From an uncultured Rhodobacterales bacterium (GTDB lineage Bacteria; Pseudomonadota; Alphaproteobacteria; Rhodobacterales; Rhodobacteraceae), in assembly GCA_963999845.1 (NCBI GenBank), contig CAXEVV010000005.1:3835-67834 (forward strand): a DNA stretch of 64,000 nucleotides. Direction: 5' to 3'. Below are positions 63,326 through 64,000 of this stretch, in pieces. Position numbers and translations under genes: made by a program. Position 1 is the stretch's first letter; every line of letters begins with the position of its first letter. The notes under the pieces are model-generated. The model did no database searches and had not been told where the DNA came from. It saw only the letters and a list, made by a program, of their open reading frames with translations.

Positions 63326-64000
63326 ATGACCGAAATTAGAGTACCAACCCTAGGAGAATCTGTTACTGAAGCCACGGTCGCAACTTGGTTTAAAAAACCA
63401 GGTGAAAATGTTTCTACGGACGAAATGATATGTGAACTTGAAACTGATAAAGTTACTGTGGAGGTGCCTGCTCCAATTTCAGGTGTTTTATCTGAAATTA
63501 TTGCCAACGAAGGTGAAACGGTCGCAGTAAATGCATTATTGGCAGTATTAACCGCTAAGAGTAATAATCTAACATCGAAGACACAACAAAAATCCGATAA
63601 TGATAATCAAGAGAATGGTCTAAAGACTGACAAATCGCATAAAGATTTAAGCGTGGAAGTAGCTCCGTCTGCAAAAAAAGCTATTGTCGAAGCAGGCATA
63701 GCTCAGGACGAGATTACTGGTAGCGGGCGTAACGGCAGAATAATGAAAGAAGATGTTAAAAATGCCATATTAAGTAGGGAACAAAACCAATCACTTGAGA
63801 AGGTAGCACAAGTATCCATTCCAGTAGGCTCTAAATCTACAAGTCAAAATATAAATATACGCGAAGAACGTATAAAAATGTCGCGACTTCGTCAAACTAT
63901 CGCAAAAAGGTTAAAAGATAGTCAAAATACTGCCGCAATGTTAACGACCTATAATGAAGTAGACATGACCGCTGTTATAGATTTGAGACAAGAATATAAA
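63326..64000 (+). CDS. sucB: dihydrolipoyllysine-residue succinyltransferase E2 (3' end beyond window)
   Basis: Not in the track because there is no stop in the window. My translation is MTEIRVPTLGESVTEATVATWFKKPGENVSTDEMICELETDKVTVEVPAP.., a lipoyl domain with ETDKV, followed by a peripheral subunit-binding domain. Confidence 0.9.
   Translation, partial: MTEIRVPTLGESVTEATVATWFKKPGENVSTDEMICELETDKVTVEVPAPISGVLSEIIANEGETVAVNALLAVLTAKSNNLTSKTQQKSDNDNQENGLKTDKSHKDLSVEVAPSAKKAIVEAGIAQDEITGSGRNGRIMKEDVKNAILSREQNQSLEKVAQVSIPVGSKSTSQNINIREERIKMSRLRQTIAKRLKDSQNTAAMLTTYNEVDMTAVIDLRQEYK

Overview
Core-chromosome window of an AT-rich, gene-dense Alphaproteobacterium. The class call rests on hdaA, lysC-ptsP(EI-Ntr), a ProRS lacking the INS editing domain, sdhCDAB, mdh-sucCDAB and ethylmalonyl-CoA pathway genes. 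A finer guess (marine Rhodospirillales/SAR116-like) is inference only and needs a database search. I can support about 61 protein-coding genes. These include rplY cut by the 5' window edge, sucB cut by the 3' edge, and a 55-aa rpmG that the ORF track misses. One RNase P RNA (rnpB) is also missed and is overlaid by two spurious ORFs. Central carbon metabolism dominates: a propionyl-CoA to succinyl-CoA module (pccB-orf119-pccA-mcm), the divergent ccr/ecm pair, sdhCDAB and mdh-sucCDAB. Housekeeping genes include pth, proS, ileS, gatCA, tadA, rluB-like, yebC, lysC and ptsP. Purine salvage genes are guaD, an 8-oxoguanine-deaminase-like gene and deoD. Also present are pxpBCA and several transporters (AI-2E, MFS, two DMT, LysE, MgtE, BI-1). 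I saw no tRNA, rRNA, CRISPR, IS/transposase, integrase, toxin-antitoxin or recognisable defence genes. The only DNA-binding regulator candidate is YebC. I do not find a convincing multi-gene novel system; this looks like an ordinary core region. The best leads are small. (1) betA can only initiate at AUU/AUA behind a perfect Shine-Dalgarno. (2) An uncharacterised 119-aa gene is translationally coupled inside pccB-pccA. (3) A VOC-superfamily gene sits directly behind mcm in a cluster lacking an epimerase. (4) Repeated palindromic or direct-repeat motifs lie in the sucC and ccr/ecm control regions. (5) An orphan SF1B helicase is flanked by unusual repeats. All coordinates and motifs were read by eye from the sequence; no searches or folding calculations were run.
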